Origin: Amoebophrya sp. A120
Taxonomy: Eukaryota; Protista; Dinoflagellata
Assembly: GCA_905178155.1 (NCBI GenBank)
Contig: CAJINV010000001.1
Location: 2,780,089 to 2,844,088, forward strand
Direction of reading: 5' to 3'
Length of the DNA stretch: 64,000 bases
The notes beneath the pieces were generated by a model that saw nothing but the letters and a program-made list of their open reading frames with translations, did not search any database and was not told the origin of the DNA. Shown here piece by piece: positions 60,401 to 64,000 of the stretch. The translations under genes were made by a program, and so were the position numbers. Numbering within the stretch: position 1 is the first letter of the stretch; every line of letters starts with the position of its first letter.

Positions 60401-63400
60401 TCTCGTTCTCGAGGAGAATCTCGTCAGTTTCGTCTTTCGCGTTTTTCGGCAGGCGGTTGACCAGCCGAAGCGCCACATCCAGGGCGTCCCTTTCTGACAC
60501 GAGCCCGACCCAGGGATCCTTGTCCTTCCCCGTTGCGGCCAGCAGAATGACTTCCGGAACCAGTCGGTCCGTAGAAATCGGTTTTGTCGGAGTTCCCCTG
60601 GTCGTGTCTGGATCCTCGTCAGTTACAGATACAGTTACTTTTCCTCTGCTACTTTTGGCGACCAAATCCGCGATCTTCGCCCCCGTTGTGTCTTTGATAG
60701 TCGTCGGAATGTGTGGCAGACCGGTTTTCTTGTCGGTTGTAAGGATGCAAATACTGTTGCTATTCTGGGGAAACAAGTCGCTCTTCTCGACGAAGTCATA
60801 CGAACCGCCTCCCGACGCAGTAGTAGTTCGAGCGCGCGCACTAGTTTCCGTCCGACTCCAGAACTCAGTCAACACGTTGATATCGTCGGTTTCTGGCCTT
60901 CTAACGTGCCCCGCAGATTGACTCCAGAACTCCGTTAGCAGACCCCACCGGTGAGCATTTTTCGCAAAGGGCAGCAGCGGCTTGGGGAGCGCGTTCCTGA
61001 CTCCGACGCGGTCCACTTTCGCGAGAGACAGCCACCGCTGGTACCGCGGTTCATCTCCGGCGGCTTTTTGGGACGAGTCTGTTGTTTCGGTTTCTGCAAA
61101 ATACTGGTACATCAGTGGTTCGCTTTCGTCGTAGGGCGACCACCAGGTCCACGCATGCTTTTCCCTTGCCGTTTCGGACAGCCACAGCAGGGAGTTATTC
61201 GAATTCGGGAAATTGGTCGGTAGCGGAAGGTTCGGGAGGTGCCGGATTAATTCATGCGTGGACGAGCTGGCGGCGGAATCATGTTTGTGCAGCCACTTCT
61301 GCACGTTGCTCATAATCAAGCAGCACATAAGCGTAAGTGAGATGTGATAATTCTTCTGGAGAACACTGAGCGCCACCGTTGTAGCGAGACTAACCGGAGA
61401 TTCCGCTTCCGGTTCGTTTTTATCAGAAGTCTTTTTTGCCAATTCTGTTCGGAGTTCCTGTAGTTGCTGTTTTTTCTCCTCCCGCCGTCTCGCTTTCCGA
61501 TCTTTCGGCAGTGGATTATAGTTAGGTCGACCCCGCAACAATGCGCCGCCGGCCACACGCACGGGCGCGGCGTCACGATCGTTGGAAGCGCTGGCGTCGG
61601 AAGACGTAGTGGTAAAATCGCCATCAAGTCTGGCATCACTGCTCTGTCGTGATGGGCCAGAAATGAACTTTGTGTGGATCACACTCCTAGTCGTGTCCCA
61701 CAATAACCTCGGTAACGCCAGTGTGTTCCTGGATGCGAAATCTAGCGTAGCTGAGGCCGTGTCTTTCGCGCCCGGCCAGGCTGTGCTCCTGGTCCAGTGA
61801 AGGAAATTTGACAAGTTTTCGGACAATCTTCGTAGTTCAAGGCCTATTCCCTCGCCGTCCATATCCTCCAACCCAAACAACCACTCTGCTTCGTCCGTGG
61901 GTGTTGTTTTCGGTTTCTGCTTGCCAGCGTCCCATATTTCGCCGTCGGCCCCAGCAGTGTTGGTGTGCACCGTCGCAGAACCCCCGGAAGCAGCGGGCCT
62001 TGTTTTACTTCGGGAAGCCGGTGACTTTGCCGGCTGTTGCGGTCGCGGCTGCTTCGTTTTCCGTGACCCCTCGCAGCTCTTGCTCTGCTTACTAGCAGTA
62101 CGTGTACGACTGGTAGACGAGGCTCTTTTATCATCTGCAGCTCGATGTCGATCCCATTCCCATTTTGCCACCGCATCTGCAGTCGCAGGCACGAGCGGCG
62201 CGGCCTGTGCTTCATCAGCACAAGGCGGTGCTCCGATCTTCCAGATACAACCAGACACAAGCGTTCCCGCTTGTTTGGCGTCCGTGCCAATAGGTGTATG
62301 TCCTGCGGGTGGCGCGGGCTGGCTAGATGACATCGATTGCGCCCTCTGTCGTTCCTCGCTCGCAGGTGTTTCTTCCCCGACCCGCAACCTCTTCAGCATG
62401 GCCGTTATACCAGAAATGGCTCCGGATAGTATCGTTGGGGTCTGATGCGATGCAGCTGCGGGCTGCGCCATTTCTTTTGGATCCCTTCCGTCTACCAGTT
62501 TCCCTGCGTCAGCAGCGTGATGTCTGCTAGCCTCTTCCTCATAACATGCCCTCCGGTTTTGGTCCTCAGCTTCTTTTTCCCAAGGTGCAACTCCGCTCTT
62601 GATCGCGTCTGTGGTCCTCTCGTGAAGATGAACGTCGCACTCGCACGCAGAGTCAGAAACATTAACTGCCGCACCTCGTCCATTTGCGTGCTCTTCGCTT
62701 CCAGGCTCTTTGTCCTGGCCCCCGGCGCTTGATGTACTGTAATCGAACACACTCCGAGGGAGCAGCTCCTGCACAACTCCCCGGTGCTGTTGTCCATGCC
62801 TTTCATGTCCAGCGGCAGCGGCCTGGAGGAGACGACTGCTCGACGGTGATAGGGAACATGAAGACCCGCCGCCGCCGTCGCTGTCCGTTGAAGAGCCGTC
62901 CGAAAGACTATCCTCGTCCTCTTCGGACCTCGTGGTGAACACGCCCTCGCGAAACTCGTCATAACCGTCCTCATCTGAGGAAGTGGAGGACTCCGAATCT
63001 TCGGCAATGTCATCGTCGTAGATCGTTGTCTCGCTGGGCAGCGGCATGGGAATCACGTGCACCGTCGCGGGCTCGTCGGGAAAGGAGACCGATTTCCTCG
63101 TTCTGATGGTGGAAGAAGAAGATTCGCTGATGGTTCGTCTCAGCGACGGAGGGGACCGCGACACGGATTTCTTCACAAGAAGGGCAGATGCAGATCCACC
63201 ACCCGGAGTGGAGATGCTTGCGAGAAGCAGCATAGCCAGTTTCGCTGCATGATTTTTGGGCTTATTCTTCCCTGCTATCGAGGCAACAGGTCGTAGTTCT
63301 GGTAGCTGCCGTGGTAGACGAGCGATGGCCTCTTGATGATATCCCAGAGCAGGCGGGCGTCTCGATCTTGTGATCGGCAGCTGCTTCATTTCGTTTGGCG

Positions 63401-63455
63401 GCAGCATTTCGCAAGCTTTGTGCGACAATGCCGGCGAGAAAGTCATAAGGACCAT
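54458..63455 (-). CDS. Very large hypothetical protein (8.1-kb ORF plus probable 3' exons)
   Basis: 2697-aa uninterrupted ORF 63455-55362. Same-strand ORFs 55345-54863 and 54757-54458 are likely further exons. No domain recognised. Confidence 0.7.
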
Positions 63456-64000
63456 AGTAGAGTTGCGTGTGTAAACTGCAACCTTGTCGGTCAGATGAAA
63501 TCAATCCACTGATAAGCAGATCATACCTTTTGAAGGTTTATTGCAAAAAAAGCTCTAGGAAGAAAAAACTAAAACTCTACACACGGCGACCATACCACGA
63601 ATGTGAGATCTGGATTTCCTGTAAGTTCTTCACAATCACGAAAAATGAGCGAATGAGCTTGAGCAATGGTTCTCATCGGGAAGCAGGAGATCTTCAGTTA
63701 GCTCGGCCAGGTCGGGTGGACATCGACATCTTGATATTAATAGGTGGAATGTAAACCGCGGGCTGTCACCAGCTTGAACCTGAAATGCACGAGTTGATCA
63801 TCTTCTATCTCCACGAGGAACTTGAAGTTGTCACCAGAACAACGGCACATCACGCAATGGATCTTTTTACGCACGCCGCTATCGTGAAGGGCTCGCCACG
63901 CTTAGCAAGTCTGTCAGGAGGAGCGCTGCCACAAGTAGTAGATCTTCTGCTTCGAGGTGGATTTTACAGTTGTTCATACAGGTTCAGGTTGGACAAGTTC

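Noticed and set aside
1-64000. Dinoflagellate spliced-leader gene or relic, rRNA or snRNA genes
   Set aside because: I saw no match to the CCGTAGCCATTTTGGCTCAAG leader or to conserved rRNA/snRNA motifs by eye. An Rfam search would be needed to exclude them.

Overview
Eukaryotic, intron-rich genomic DNA. Gene style and intron type point to a syndinian dinoflagellate such as Amoebophrya (inference, not a database result). About 12 host genes run on the + strand from ~1.6 to 40.6 kb, including a GT61-like glycosyltransferase, an ENTH-like protein, a myosin heavy chain, a dynamin-like GTPase and a DOT1-like methyltransferase with a predicted signal peptide. From 51.8 kb the genes run on the - strand (a TauE/SafE transporter and a >2,700-aa orphan). 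At least 12 introns are introner-type elements from about six sequence families. All 12 have TAT...ATA termini, terminal inverted repeats and a 5-bp target-site duplication, and most carry a GCATNACARAT motif. Conserved myosin motifs show that several must be spliced at non-GT-AG junctions. One of them contains a nested 1.6-kb poly(A)-tailed insert. The ~11-kb convergent strand switch is an AT-flanked repeat complex. It holds foldback DNA, two satellites, an intron-containing hAT-type transposase cut by an assembly gap, two CAGG-ended hAT MITEs (one with an 8-bp TSD), telomere-like repeats and an inverted-repeat-bounded, hairpin-dense cassette of three tRNA-derived units. Exon boundaries outside conserved motifs are approximate.
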